This document shows positions 43,473 to 54,257 of a DNA stretch of 64,000 nucleotides, in pieces; position 1 is the first letter of the stretch, and each line of letters starts with the position of its first letter. The position numbers and the translations under genes are program-made. A model generated the notes under the pieces. The model did no database searches. It was not told the DNA's origin and was given only the letters and a program-made list of their open reading frames with translations. Source of the DNA: Methanocellales archaeon (GTDB lineage: Archaea; Halobacteriota; UBA148; JAUWXC01); NCBI GenBank assembly GCA_030018435.1, contig JASEEY010000002.1, forward strand, positions 28,544 to 92,543, written 5' to 3'.

Positions 43473-44663
43473 CTACTTGGTAGAAACGATCTTGATGATG
43501 TCACCATCTTGCAGTACATGTTCTTCGCTAATCCTGCGCTTCGTCTTGGCATCCACCGCATATAAGAATCCTTCTCCTAAATCGGTGTGAACCATGTATG
43601 CCATGTCATGTGCTGTTCCACCTCTTTTCATCAAGAACGCATCCGGTAGCACATTTCCGTCTTTGTCCGTGAATTTGTTTTCATCTTCTACGGGATAAAT
43701 GACGATGTGATCTAATAACCCAAAAATCGCTTTGTCTATGCATTGCTGGACGCCCGTACTACCATACTTCTTCATCAGAGTTCTTATGCGCTCCAATCCC
43801 TCTTTCTGAGCGCTTGTCAATTCTTCTGGCGCTGTGATTTGGAAATTGGCGTCTCCGGGCAGATATTTGATTACTCCCTTCTTGTCCGCCATTCTCAGTG
43901 CCAGTTCAGCAGCAGCGCTCGCTAGAACTACGATGTAACTTTCATTCTCTAACGAAGTAAGTCGTTTGATATTTTCTTCGGGAGCGATATCGATCTTATT
44001 CGCTGCCAGCGTCATGGGTTTGCTGACCTTTCTGATTTCGTCTGCCAAGCGCAGCAAATCCTCATCTGACCAATCGGTTATTTTACCTTCTAATGAGGCG
44101 TTATGCAACGCCACCTTGATCTGCACCTCATTTGCACCGACCCCCATCAATCGCTCTGCAAGGATGCGCTCAATCTTTGCATCTCGCGATGGTATTTTTC
44201 GCGTCAATTGAGCCCAGTGGCGCTTGATGATGCCATACATCCACATCGTCATCTCTTTTTCCAGAAATCGTACATCCTCGACGGGATCACGTGTTCCTAT
44301 CTCCACGAGATTGCCCTCAGCGTCTGTGCCACCGGATGCATCAACTACGTGTATGATTGCCTGTGTTTGTCGCAGGTTATCCAAAAACTCGTTGCCCAGA
44401 CCTTTTCCGAGATGCGCGTCCGGCACGAGACCAGCGACATCCACTAACTCAACGGGAACGAATCGATCCCCGTCTATGCAGTTGTTACACTCTAGCTTGA
44501 GCTCCTTACAGGGGCATTTCGTCCGCACGTGTGACATGCCGTGGTTGGCATCTACGGTCGTGAATGGATATGATGCGATTTCCACATCCACAAGTGTGGC
44601 AGCCTTGAAAAAGGTGGATTTTCCTGAATTCGGCTTTCCCGCAAGTCCAATGGATACGGTCAT
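43473..44663 (-). CDS. ychF: Redox-regulated ATPase YchF (Obg family)
   Basis: GKPNSGKST, YPFTT, DVAGLV, C-terminal TGS domain. Confidence 0.93.
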   Translation of the reverse strand: MTVSIGLAGKPNSGKSTFFKAATLVDVEIASYPFTTVDANHGMSHVRTKCPCKELKLECNNCIDGDRFVPVELVDVAGLVPDAHLGKGLGNEFLDNLRQTQAIIHVVDASGGTDAEGNLVEIGTRDPVEDVRFLEKEMTMWMYGIIKRHWAQLTRKIPSRDAKIERILAERLMGVGANEVQIKVALHNASLEGKITDWSDEDLLRLADEIRKVSKPMTLAANKIDIAPEENIKRLTSLENESYIVVLASAAAELALRMADKKGVIKYLPGDANFQITAPEELTSAQKEGLERIRTLMKKYGSTGVQQCIDKAIFGLLDHIVIYPVEDENKFTDKDGNVLPDAFLMKRGGTAHDMAYMVHTDLGEGFLYAVDAKTKRRISEEHVLQDGDIIKIVSTK

Positions 44664-44759
44664 TTGATCTCGATTTAAGATAATGGCAAGATGACTATTA
44701 AAGTTAAACGGGCTGAAATACTCTTTCACTAGACAATGATACGTTGACTTTACCCTAGC

Positions 44760-45629
44760 TCACACATCCAGTGATATGAACTCATCTTCGTGCTGCCCAT
44801 CTTCTTCATCACGTGCGAAGAAAACGCCTTTTAGCGATCTCATCGCTCCATCCACTTTCGCCTCTTCGTGAATCGTTATCACATCAGCATCGATCTCGCC
44901 CATCACCTGACTTTTTTCACCTATGTGCACGGCACCTTTTGTAACTAGGCCTCCATGAATCTTGGTCTTTTGTCCAATCTTGATACCATCTTTTGTTCTG
45001 ATGCTGCCGAACAGCGTGCTGTTGTCTCCGATTTCGAGTGAATTTGCGCGTAGATTACCCAGTATGTAGCAGTTATCGCCGATGATCGCCCTGTTCGGAA
45101 TCCTGATCATATCGAGCGTGACTTTTGTTCTATTTGGTATGATCATCGCCCGTTCGTTGGGGATCTCTTCATCCTCAAACAGTTCGCTGAGTATTTTCTC
45201 CACATCTTCGCCCCTGCCCAGCCTGAGAAGTACAGCCAGATATAAAAACAGGTACACAATCACTGGAACTGGGTTTCTTATCGTGATCCAGCCCTTGGCT
45301 TCAAATCCTTTTTCGATGTGCACATCCGTTCCGATGTCCAGGTCGCCTTTCACGGTCAACTTTCCATTGATGCTGACCTTTTCGCCTAGATATGCGTTCT
45401 TCTTCGTTTTAACGTCGCCATTTACATTTGACCATAAATCGAGTCTGACCTCTTCGTCTGCTATCACATCTCCATCGATTTTCACCCTTTCACCGGCGAT
45501 GACGGAGTGTGCTAAAAAACCATAAGCGATCTCAGAATGATTGCCGACGACGACGTCTCCATCCACCACGATCGTCCGCTCTTCCATTCTCGTGTTGTCT
45601 GGCACGATGAATGCTCTTAGCAGCTCTAT
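44760..45629 (-). CDS. Beta-helix (bactofilin/polymer-forming-like) protein; probable ATA start
   Basis: Repeated [IV]xG[DN][IV] beta-helix units, GFEAKGWITIRNP, central hydrophobic helix. Confidence 0.75.
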   Translation of the reverse strand: MELLRAFIVPDNTRMEERTIVVDGDVVVGNHSEIAYGFLAHSVIAGERVKIDGDVIADEEVRLDLWSNVNGDVKTKKNAYLGEKVSINGKLTVKGDLDIGTDVHIEKGFEAKGWITIRNPVPVIVYLFLYLAVLLRLGRGEDVEKILSELFEDEEIPNERAMIIPNRTKVTLDMIRIPNRAIIGDNCYILGNLRANSLEIGDNSTLFGSIRTKDGIKIGQKTKIHGGLVTKGAVHIGEKSQVMGEIDADVITIHEEAKVDGAMRSLKGVFFARDEEDGQHEDEFISLDV

Positions 45630-45778
45630 GCCACCACTCCCCTCTAGATTACAAAGGGATATATGGCGTCTTTTCCCTTATAAAGGGCAAGGTTGTTGCT
45701 AGCTATGGACATAAAATGATATAGAACAACTGATATAGAATATCATATATGAATAAAAAAATGATTAAAAGGTATAAA

Positions 45779-45950
45779 GCGGGTAAAACTGCGCAGTTGC
45801 GCAGCTACAATGGTAGACATATGGTGCTCGTTCCGTAATCTCGCCAGTCGGCGAGATTGCAACCGCGGTTGCAACGTTGAAACTGCACAGTCGTTCAGTC
45901 GCAACACTCTTGGGTATTTTTAACCCCGCATGGGGGTATACGGGGTTTTA
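45779..45950. other. Palindrome-rich intergenic element (possible ncRNA or protein-binding array)
   Basis: ctgcgc/gcgcag, aatctcgcc/ggcgagatt, ttgcaaccgcggttgcaa, aaccccg/cggggtt. Confidence 0.45.
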
Positions 45951-46165
45951 GAAAAGGGTAGAGGGTCGAAAGTGCGCGTCCGCGGAGTTCAGTGGATGAT
46001 ACAGTAGATTAGACAACTTAAAAGAAGGCTTATTTGGGGATATTGGTATTGGGATTTGAGGGAAATTACAAAAAAGCCAAATCCATTGGGAAACTCTTTT
46101 TGCTTTATAGGACTTTCCATTTTGTGTCGAAATCTATCTTATCTTCACTTTAGGGGGCCGCCCAG

Positions 46166-46576
46166 ATGTATCCCATGGAAAGAGGAGAGATGATCAGCTT
46201 GCTACAAAGGTCTCCGGTAGGTCGGTTGACTACCTGTGCTCATAACCGACCCTATGTCGTTCCCCTAGCCTATGTATTTTCTCAGGGCAATATTTACCTC
46301 CACTGTGCACCCACTGGAAATAAAATGGAGAATATGAGGCAGAATCCTAACGTTTGTTTTGAGGTTGATGAGTTTACTCCCTCCCTAGATCGATGTCAGA
46401 GTGTGATTGTCTTTGGAACGGTCAATTTTATCCAGAATGTTGACCAAAAGATAAAAGTTTTGCAGGAGTTGAGCAGGAAGTATCAAGGAGATGAGCGGGA
46501 TATTGATGAGTCAGCCACTGCCAAAGTAGAGATAGTAGAAATTATTATCCAAGAGATGACTGGAAGGAAATCGTAA
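46166..46576 (+). CDS. Pyridoxamine 5'-phosphate oxidase-like flavin-binding protein (NimA-like)
   Basis: GRL..PYVVPL..IYLH..GNK..NPNVCFEVD..SVIVFG..TGRK. Confidence 0.88.
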   Translation: MYPMERGEMISLLQRSPVGRLTTCAHNRPYVVPLAYVFSQGNIYLHCAPTGNKMENMRQNPNVCFEVDEFTPSLDRCQSVIVFGTVNFIQNVDQKIKVLQELSRKYQGDERDIDESATAKVEIVEIIIQEMTGRKS

Positions 46577-46633
46577 CCAGAAAACTAAGCTAAGATAGAG
46601 AAGTAAAGACAGCAAATACCAACATAAATACCA

Positions 46634-47845
46634 CTATGCTCCGAATTTCTTGGTTTTGTTGATGAGGTCCATCAGTATGGGCATCAGGTTCATACTGCGA
46701 ATGCGGTTCAATCCTCCGGTGGCGGCGCTAACTTCATCATATGCACGAACACCATCCGCCCTCACGCCGGGTCCGGCAATCATCACCGGAACGGGGTCTG
46801 CGGAATGGTCTTTTACCGCAACGGGCGTTGAATGGTCAGCGGTTACAACTACCAAGACATCCTTTAGGTCGACAATTAGTGCTAAAGCATCGTCAATCTT
46901 GTTGATGAATTGTATTTTCTCCTTGACGTTCCCGTCATGAGATACTTCATCGGCACCCTTGATGCTGAGTAGCACGAAATCGTGCTTTTTGAGCGCGTCA
47001 ATTGCGTTCTTGACTTTAGCATCAACATTCGAATCAACGCCGCCTGTAGCACCTTTCGTTTCAATGTAATTCAATCCACATATTCTACCAATGCCGATAA
47101 CCAGTGCAGTGGCAGCGATTACAGCACCTTTAAGTCCGTACTTCTCTGAAAAGATCTTGATGTCTGGCACTGTTCCTGCGCCTCTCATTATTATGGTGTT
47201 TGCGGGAGATTTGTTAGCCTTTACTCGCTCTACGTTGATAGGATGTCTTTCTAAGATGTATTCTGCCTGCTTGGTGAATTCGTTCAGGATGCGGGCGGTC
47301 TTTTCTGCATCTGGCTTGAGCGCTCTGACATTCCTGACAGCTTCACCATCGTGCTTTGGATCAGAATCCGATACATTGGAATCCAGTCCATTACCTCTGA
47401 GAACCAGCGCAGCCCTGTGTCCGGCCGATTTTTCAAACATAAACGTCACGTCTAGGTGGACACCTTTTTGGATTGCCCTTACGAGTTCTCCTGTTTCACG
47501 TATCCTTCCTGCACGTCTGTCAACAATTACATCGTTCTTTTTCGTTGCAAAATTACATCTAAAAGCGACATCGCCCTTTTTCACGGGAATGCCCGCGCCA
47601 GCAGCCTCAAATGGTCCTCTTCCAGTGTAGATGTCACATGGATCATATCCCAACAACGCCAGATGAGCGACATCAGATCCTGGTCGGATGCCGGGCGCAA
47701 TAGGATCCATGATTCCAGAGATGCCCATGCTGGCGATTTTATCAAGGTGGGGAGTATTCGCCAACTGTAGCGGCGTTTTCCCCTTTACAGGGCGGTCCGA
47801 TGCGCCATCTAAAATGACCAGTAAAATCTTATTTGCGATATCCAT
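46634..47845 (-). CDS. apgM: 2,3-bisphosphoglycerate-independent phosphoglycerate mutase
   Basis: DGASD, PGSDVAHL, GRGPFEA, TADHSTP, HSADPVP. Confidence 0.95.
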   Translation of the reverse strand: MDIANKILLVILDGASDRPVKGKTPLQLANTPHLDKIASMGISGIMDPIAPGIRPGSDVAHLALLGYDPCDIYTGRGPFEAAGAGIPVKKGDVAFRCNFATKKNDVIVDRRAGRIRETGELVRAIQKGVHLDVTFMFEKSAGHRAALVLRGNGLDSNVSDSDPKHDGEAVRNVRALKPDAEKTARILNEFTKQAEYILERHPINVERVKANKSPANTIIMRGAGTVPDIKIFSEKYGLKGAVIAATALVIGIGRICGLNYIETKGATGGVDSNVDAKVKNAIDALKKHDFVLLSIKGADEVSHDGNVKEKIQFINKIDDALALIVDLKDVLVVVTADHSTPVAVKDHSADPVPVMIAGPGVRADGVRAYDEVSAATGGLNRIRSMNLMPILMDLINKTKKFGA

Positions 47846-47886
47846 GATAGGACGTTTCCACGACTTTGTATTTAAAATTTTAATAG

Positions 47887-48498
47887 TTATCCGGCGGCCA
47901 CAGCTTCTGGTTGAACTTCCGTCTTTGCAACTTCACCACTGGACATGACCTCAGTCTTTACGATCTCCACTCTGCGCAGCGGGTAGATGGGTTTGACCTC
48001 TTTATAAATATCGGATGCAATCTTACCGAGCACGACTTCTTGGATAAATTGGCTAAAGCTCAACTTTTTCGCTCTTTCAACGACGGTATTATGCATCACC
48101 TGCTTGATCGCCTGTATTTGTGGACTGTGTGCCCGTTTAACCGTGAAACAGACTGGCTTAACCCTCACTGTGTACCCATCCTTTGTCGCCGCAACGATGT
48201 TGACTTCGATCTTGGACGTCCTCCTTTTGATCAGGGAACGCATATAATCCTGCGCCATCATATGACCGATGAACTGCGTATGCGCGCCCTTACCCACGAC
48301 GTCATGCACCCTAAAAAGCATTTTTACCTTTTGCTTCGACCAGTCATTGGTCAAATCGCCCAGCGTCGACTCAACAGTCCTTCCAATCAATTTTTTTGGA
48401 TCATCTGCTGGTGTTTGGCCTATGTTCACACTGCCAAACATTTCGGGAGCAAGTACATCATACCAGTTCTTTGCTTTCCATCCTTCTTTTCTCGCCAT
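47887..48498 (-). CDS. rps3ae: 30S ribosomal protein S3Ae
   Basis: WKAKNWYDVLAP, GRTVE, IYPLRRVEI. Confidence 0.96.
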   Translation of the reverse strand: MARKEGWKAKNWYDVLAPEMFGSVNIGQTPADDPKKLIGRTVESTLGDLTNDWSKQKVKMLFRVHDVVGKGAHTQFIGHMMAQDYMRSLIKRRTSKIEVNIVAATKDGYTVRVKPVCFTVKRAHSPQIQAIKQVMHNTVVERAKKLSFSQFIQEVVLGKIASDIYKEVKPIYPLRRVEIVKTEVMSSGEVAKTEVQPEAVAAG

Positions 48499-48551
48499 GA
48501 TCCTCCTCGCGCTCAAACCCAATTTATTCGAGCATATATAAACATTATCAG

Positions 48552-50051
48552 TTACAAAAACCTGAAAACCTCTGGCAGCGTCTTCACCCTTCTCCTTAAA
48601 CCGCTGGGCCAGTCCCCCGCATCAAGTCCCTTCTGGGCGAAAAATGCCGCTGCCCATCTCTCAAGTCCAATGCCAGAGCACCCTGACCAGAGTTCTTCTC
48701 CGCTCTGGAGTTTTACGTTGAAGCCATTCGGGTATTTATCACCATTGTTGCTCAGGTTCTGGAACTCCATCCATTTTTTGCTGTAGGGCATGAATGCCTC
48801 GTAATCTATTGTACCAACTTCTTTTTTCTCAGCTAGTCCTCCCAGACCCTCCTGTGCCATAAACCACGGCGTGACCCACGCCATTCTCCACTGCAGGTCC
48901 AGTATGTTCTCAAAGATATGTTTATATCGCTCTTGAAGTTTTTTTGAATGTTCTGTTATTTGTTCGGGCGTTCCAATCCACAGTAATTCTATCCTATGAA
49001 ATTCATCCATCCGTTCAATGCCCCTAATGCCGCCGCTTTCATACCTGTGGGATGTTCCTGACTTGTCAAAAACGCGTATCGGTAGTATGTCATCCGGAAG
49101 TGTTTCGCCTTCCAGAAAGCCCCAAGCGGGCGGGCATTGCGCATAGCACAGACCCCCGATGGGTTTATCGATTCTCTCTTTGATCATGTCCAAGGGCACT
49201 TCTAACGTAACCTTGTAGTAATCCATTATGTCCTCCCAGTACGTCTCATCTCTCGTTTTTGGCGGACAAACATAATACATCTCCGGGTAAATGGCCTTGG
49301 CATGACCCGACCTCTTCCAGACATCCCATGCCACCACCTTAGGAAATACCATTTCGTGATATCCAAGCGGCCTGAGAATCTCCTCCTCGACGATTTGTTC
49401 AAACGTCCTGAGCACCTTGGTGATCTGCGGCCCAAATATCCACTGCCCTCTGCAGGAACCATGCTTGATCCAGCGCCTCTTTATCAGCTCCTGCGTTGGA
49501 TCGCCGGTGAACCTCAGCGTTTTTTCCTTTGACTCCCACAACAATTCCCAGTGCTCTTTCTTGCCGTATTTCTGTGACTCGATTTTATCGACAATCAGGG
49601 TGATGATGCGGTCCGGTACCCTACTCTCTATTTGCGGCTCTGCCACATCCAATTCGAGTAAGATGTTACCATTTTTATATTGCATGTCCTTGACAAATGG
49701 AATCTTCAACTTCCTTAGCGGCTTCTCGGTTGGTATGGTAATGATGAACTTTTCCACTTCGATGCCTCTGATGCCAATGCGGCGTTTGCCCAATATACGC
49801 GTTAGGGCTTTTCTCAACCTGAGTAATGCATCATGAGCTCTAACGTATCTATCCGATTTGATTTCGACCATAATAGTATCGTCAACGTTCCAACTCACAA
49901 CCTCTGCGCCCCCTCCCTCTGGTGCACCTTTTTTCAGGATATTTTTATTTGCGTCGTCGATCACACCTGCTACATCATCCTTCGCCTCTGCACCATTCTT
50001 ACTCAACTTGAATCGTCCTATCAGGTGGAACCTTAGCTTAACTTCGTTCAT
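48552..50051 (-). CDS. serS: Methanogen-type (atypical, Zn-dependent) seryl-tRNA synthetase
   Basis: [12 protein letters not shown]-domain, [34 protein letters not shown]. Confidence 0.93.
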   Translation of the reverse strand: MNEVKLRFHLIGRFKLSKNGAEAKDDVAGVIDDANKNILKKGAPEGGGAEVVSWNVDDTIMVEIKSDRYVRAHDALLRLRKALTRILGKRRIGIRGIEVEKFIITIPTEKPLRKLKIPFVKDMQYKNGNILLELDVAEPQIESRVPDRIITLIVDKIESQKYGKKEHWELLWESKEKTLRFTGDPTQELIKRRWIKHGSCRGQWIFGPQITKVLRTFEQIVEEEILRPLGYHEMVFPKVVAWDVWKRSGHAKAIYPEMYYVCPPKTRDETYWEDIMDYYKVTLEVPLDMIKERIDKPIGGLCYAQCPPAWGFLEGETLPDDILPIRVFDKSGTSHRYESGGIRGIERMDEFHRIELLWIGTPEQITEHSKKLQERYKHIFENILDLQWRMAWVTPWFMAQEGLGGLAEKKEVGTIDYEAFMPYSKKWMEFQNLSNNGDKYPNGFNVKLQSGEELWSGCSGIGLERWAAAFFAQKGLDAGDWPSGLRRRVKTLPEVFRFL

Positions 50052-50256
50052 GCGACATTTCCTCGGCAATTTGGAGATTTAACAGATAATCGTCAACGCT
50101 TGCTATTAGTGTTCCAATTCCATCGGTATTAAACTCCGTGATCACTTTTTTACCTTTATAGCTGGTTTTGATGTATCCGGTATTATCTGGTCTGAGGGCA
50201 TCTGCGATGATGCGTGGATTCTCATGGGAGGTCACGATTTTGCCCCTACATCTCAT
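50038..50256 (-). CDS. Pcc1-like paralogue
   Basis: IADALRPDN...[17 protein letters not shown]; conserved position after the DHH gene. Confidence 0.8.
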   Translation of the reverse strand: MRCRGKIVTSHENPRIIADALRPDNTGYIKTSYKGKKVITEFNTDGIGTLIASVDDYLLNLQIAEEMSHERS

Positions 50257-51547
50257 GCATTTCACCTAACTGCTTGGTTATAATGGCATCCACGGCTTCG
50301 ATGAATTTTGTTTCCTCTCCCGAGGGAATGGATGCACCAGATGCAACGCTGTGTCCTCCACCAGTTCCGCCGACCTGTTTTGCCCCCTCCCTCATCGCAA
50401 TTGACAGGTCAACCCCTTTCTCAACCAGCTTTTTACTGGCGCGTGCGGAAATCTTCACCTTGCTATCATGCTTGATGAGCACAAGTACTGGCTTGTCGGA
50501 TGCGATGTACCTAATGATGGTACCGGCTAACGTTCCAGCTACGTCCTTGTCGCTGGAGTATGCATATCGAATGCTTTTTACTTCTTTTATATCCATTTTC
50601 TTTAACTCTGACCCTACCTTTTTTTGGTACCCTAAATACAGTCGCTTTGCCTCGTCAATAGCACTGTCATCCCTCAAACACAAGGATAGTGCCAAACCAG
50701 TATTCTTGAACTTGCCGCAGGCATTGAGTAAATTCCTGAACTGAAATGCATCTTGTATTACTTCACGATTTAACTCATACCTTTCGCCAATCAACGATTC
50801 GGCAACATCTGCGGACGTTTTCGCAACCTTCAGGACCAGTGCAGACGCCAATCGGCGAAGCTCTTCTGGATTTAGGTCACCGATATTTCCGTGAACATTC
50901 AACTCGTTTAAAAGCGCATGAATTTTTTCTGCGTCGCCAGTGATATCCAAATAAGGGTCAGTGGAATATTCCAATATCTCAGCGATATCACCATCGCCAA
51001 TCCTCAGACCATGGCCGATCGTGATGACGTTATGCTCCACCGCCTCGCTAAGGATGTCTTTATTGGCGCTCACCATCTCCTGCTGATCACCTATTGCCCC
51101 AACGATCGCAAGACCCGCTAAATCGATGTTATCGCCCAAATGTTGAGCCATGGTGTACGCGGCGCCTGACGCGGAGAGTTCAAATGTTCCATCGATGCCC
51201 ACTAGGTGTGGATTTAACTGCACATATTTTACATCGGTCGCAGCTGGTGCATGGTGGTCGATAACGACGATATCACCCCTAAGCTGAGCAATCAAATCTG
51301 GTTGTCCGCTACCCATATCACAAAAAACGATCATTTGATCGTTCAAGCCTTTTATGACTTCTTCGTCAAGATGGCTTACGATGCTCGCCCTAAAGTGGAT
51401 ACCGCCCCTGTACAGGGCATTGCAAATGATGCCAGCAGAGGTGATACCATCCGCATCGTTATGGGACACAACTCGCACGTAATCGCAGGTGGCAAGTCTT
51501 CGCGCAGCATCTCTCGCCACTACATCCAGCTTTTCGATCATGCTCAT
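50246..51547 (-). CDS. DHH/RecJ-like phosphoesterase
   Basis: HNDADG, CDMG, IDHH, GGGHSVASG. Confidence 0.92.
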   Translation of the reverse strand: MSMIEKLDVVARDAARRLATCDYVRVVSHNDADGITSAGIICNALYRGGIHFRASIVSHLDEEVIKGLNDQMIVFCDMGSGQPDLIAQLRGDIVVIDHHAPAATDVKYVQLNPHLVGIDGTFELSASGAAYTMAQHLGDNIDLAGLAIVGAIGDQQEMVSANKDILSEAVEHNVITIGHGLRIGDGDIAEILEYSTDPYLDITGDAEKIHALLNELNVHGNIGDLNPEELRRLASALVLKVAKTSADVAESLIGERYELNREVIQDAFQFRNLLNACGKFKNTGLALSLCLRDDSAIDEAKRLYLGYQKKVGSELKKMDIKEVKSIRYAYSSDKDVAGTLAGTIIRYIASDKPVLVLIKHDSKVKISARASKKLVEKGVDLSIAMREGAKQVGGTGGGHSVASGASIPSGEETKFIEAVDAIITKQLGEMHEM

Positions 51548-51999
51548 CTTGAAATTAACATTCTAGCCATATTCAAGTCGTAAACCCACTCTTCAGGAAG
51601 TACTTTCTCGCGTTTATAATACTTGACCAGTCTTCTTATCCTTGACTCAGTGTCCTGAAAAGCCTTCTTATTGTGCAGGTCCTTGGGATTGTGGTCTAGG
51701 TGCGTTTTCAGCTTTACTGCCCTGAGAATCAACCTTTGCAAATCCTCCGGTATTTTGGGATCCATCTTGTTCTCCTTGAGAACCTGGACTATCTTTTTTC
51801 CCGTTGCCTTTTTTATGTCCGGAATGCCGTATCTATCCCTGAGCACTATTCCGATCTCGCTGGACGTTTTGCCTTGTTCCCTCAGCTTGAGAATCGTCTT
51901 TTCGATCTCCTTGGCGCTGAGCCCCAACCCTTCTGGTGTTTCAGGCTTTCTGGTTTTCGTTCTTGCTTTCCTTTCTTTTGTACTTTGTGCCTTGGTCAT
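51544..51999 (-). CDS. rps15: 30S ribosomal protein S15 (S13e type) with a divergent N-terminus
   Basis: SEIGIVLRDRYGIP, IPEDL, ESRIRRLVKYYK. Confidence 0.95.
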   Translation of the reverse strand: MTKAQSTKERKARTKTRKPETPEGLGLSAKEIEKTILKLREQGKTSSEIGIVLRDRYGIPDIKKATGKKIVQVLKENKMDPKIPEDLQRLILRAVKLKTHLDHNPKDLHNKKAFQDTESRIRRLVKYYKREKVLPEEWVYDLNMARMLISR

Positions 52000-52025
52000 G
52001 TGATCTTCCCTCTATAATTAAAACG

Positions 52026-52130
52026 ATGAAATGCGTTCACATACGCCCTACGGGCTTAAGCTATGCGTACACTTCGTTTAAGCCATGCGTACACTTCGCT
52101 TAAGCCATGCGTATACAGTTTCGCATTCAT
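52026..52130. repeat. About 2.7 tandem 22-bp repeats within short terminal inverted repeats (MITE/REP-like)
   Basis: Units GYTTAAGCYATGCGTACACTTC at 52054, 52076 and 52098; flanks atgaaatgcg / cgcattcat; gccctacgggc hairpin. Confidence 0.85.
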
Positions 52131-52687
52131 TAAATATCTTTTGCGCTAATCCACTTCACAAACTTCTTAAGTGCCTTACACCTGTGCGATACTTTATTCT
52201 TTTCCTCTATGCTCAGTTCCCCAAATGTCTTGTCATCGTAAAGGAATATCGGATCATACCCGAAGCCGTGTTCTCCCCTGATTTCATGTGCAATCTTGCC
52301 GTTGGCAATGCCTGTGAAGGTAATTGCCCCTCCACCTGGTTCGCAGTATCCGACTGCTGACTCGAAATATGCCTCCCTGTTCTTCTTGTCGGACATCAGT
52401 CCCAATATCCCTTCATTCCCGATCGTTTTGAACACGTACGCAGAATAGGGACCGGGAAATCCCCCTAAAGCAGGGATGAACAACCCAGCATCCTCCACGA
52501 TGACGGTCTTGTTTAATGCTCTTGCGGAAAATTCTGCACCGTATTTTGCTATCGTCTCCAAATCATCGGACTGCAGCTCAGGATACTCATATCTGATCTG
52601 CTGAATTTTTATGTCGTGCTCTTCACATAATGCCTTTGCCTCTTTCACCTTTCCCGTGTTGTTGGTCACGAAATAGATGGCCTTCAT
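52130..52687 (-). CDS. rdgB: XTP/dITP diphosphatase
   Basis: TNNTGK, EDAGL, GFPGPYS, GFGYDPIF, SHR. Confidence 0.95.
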   Translation of the reverse strand: MKAIYFVTNNTGKVKEAKALCEEHDIKIQQIRYEYPELQSDDLETIAKYGAEFSARALNKTVIVEDAGLFIPALGGFPGPYSAYVFKTIGNEGILGLMSDKKNREAYFESAVGYCEPGGGAITFTGIANGKIAHEIRGEHGFGYDPIFLYDDKTFGELSIEEKNKVSHRCKALKKFVKWISAKDI

Positions 52688-53283
52688 AGCCGTTCCGTCC
52701 TATATCTCCCTCTACTTTCAATCTCTTTTACCCTTTGCAGGACATCGTCTGCGCCACCAAATGTCTTTCTATATCCTTTGACGAACGACTTGATCAACGT
52801 CTCATGTCCTTCATGCGTGCTCTCAAACGTCTGGAACAGCACATGTACATCGACGCCTCTCGCTTCGGTGCTTTGATCAAAATATGCCAATCCAAAGTCG
52901 ATTAAGTAGACGCGCTCTCCTGATAAAATCATGTTTGATGTCGTCAAATCCCCATGAACGATGCCAGCCGTATGGAGATGTCCTACAAGCTCGCCGACGC
53001 GCTCGCTCAGTTTCGCATCCAGCACATGCTTCAATTGTACACCATCGATATATTCCATTAGGATCTCGCAGTTTACCACATCGTATATGATGGGCGTTGG
53101 AACGCCTGCTTTACGCGCTTCAGCGATCAATTTAGCCTCAATCTTCGTCCTTTCCCTCCTAAGATGCTCGTCTATTTCTCTCACCCTGTATTGCTTGGGG
53201 ACCCTGCTTTTTACGATTACATCATCACGTAGCTCAATCGTTGCCTCGGCACCGCTTGTCTTGAACGTCTCCTTCATCTCCAT
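52684..53283 (-). CDS. bud32: KEOPS kinase Bud32
   Basis: GAEA, HGDLTTSN, IDFGL. Confidence 0.95.
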   Translation of the reverse strand: MEMKETFKTSGAEATIELRDDVIVKSRVPKQYRVREIDEHLRRERTKIEAKLIAEARKAGVPTPIIYDVVNCEILMEYIDGVQLKHVLDAKLSERVGELVGHLHTAGIVHGDLTTSNMILSGERVYLIDFGLAYFDQSTEARGVDVHVLFQTFESTHEGHETLIKSFVKGYRKTFGGADDVLQRVKEIESRGRYRTERL

Positions 53284-54257
53284 CCTATCTCCACTTCATC
53301 AGGCCTGTAATTTGGGCGAACCGCAGAGTTCTCAACGGGGAGAGTCGCTCCACTTTCAAGCATGAGCAATCCTGTATACGCGATCATAGCACCGTTGTCC
53401 TTCATGAACTCCTTGTCTGGGGCGAAGAATTTTGCATCTCTATCTTGGCACATCGTATTCAGCATCTCCTTCAGTCTGGTGTTTGCGCCGACCCCTCCAG
53501 TCAGCAGGATGTCTTCTTTTCCAGTGTGCGCCAGCGCCCTCTCCGTCACCTCCACGAGCATGGCAAATGCCGTCTCTTGAAATGAGTAACAAACGTCCTC
53601 TAAGGATGCATGCGCTAAAGCATCTTTTGCTGCTGTGGTTAATCCTGAAAACGAGAAATCCATGCCCTTGACCACATATGTCAATGGTATGTAGTGCTTC
53701 GCATTTTTCGCCGTCTCCTCTATCTTAGGACCTCCTGGGTGTTGGAATCCTGCATATCGTCCAAATTTGTCAAGCGCGTTGCCGATTCCTATATCTAACG
53801 TCTCACCGAAAATCCTGTATTTGCCGTCCCTATAAGATAGCACCTGGGAGTTGGCCCCGCTCACGTACAGTATTACTGGATCCTTTACATTGCATAACCA
53901 TCTGCCGATTTCGATGTGCGCTATGCAGTGATTGACCCCTATCAGCGGAACGTTCAGGGACAGCGAGAGCGCTCTTGCAGCCGTGGCCACGGTTCTGAGA
54001 CACGGGCCGAAGCCGGGGCCAATGGAAAAGGCGACAGCGGATATCTCTGCTCTTTCACCTTCAGCCAAAACATCGCGAATTACGCGCTCGATTTGAGATG
54101 CATGGTGCTGGGCAGCCGCTCTTGGATGCAGCCCTCCATATGTGGGATGATAAGGCGATTCAGCACTGGCTACGATTCTGCTTTGATCTACGATTGCAGC
54201 ACTTAGGTTCCAAGCCGTCCCTTCTATTCCTAAAACGGATTTACTCTTTCTGCGCAT
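53274..54257 (-). CDS. kae1: KEOPS t6A synthase Kae1
   Basis: [28 protein letters not shown]. Confidence 0.96.
   Translation of the reverse strand: MRRKSKSVLGIEGTAWNLSAAIVDQSRIVASAESPYHPTYGGLHPRAAAQHHASQIERVIRDVLAEGERAEISAVAFSIGPGFGPCLRTVATAARALSLSLNVPLIGVNHCIAHIEIGRWLCNVKDPVILYVSGANSQVLSYRDGKYRIFGETLDIGIGNALDKFGRYAGFQHPGGPKIEETAKNAKHYIPLTYVVKGMDFSFSGLTTAAKDALAHASLEDVCYSFQETAFAMLVEVTERALAHTGKEDILLTGGVGANTRLKEMLNTMCQDRDAKFFAPDKEFMKDNGAMIAYTGLLMLESGATLPVENSAVRPNYRPDEVEIGWR

Noticed and set aside
45980-46160. Replication origin (ORB boxes)
   Set aside because: Only weak partial ORB matches, no G-string-flanked pairs and no adjacent cdc6/orc1.
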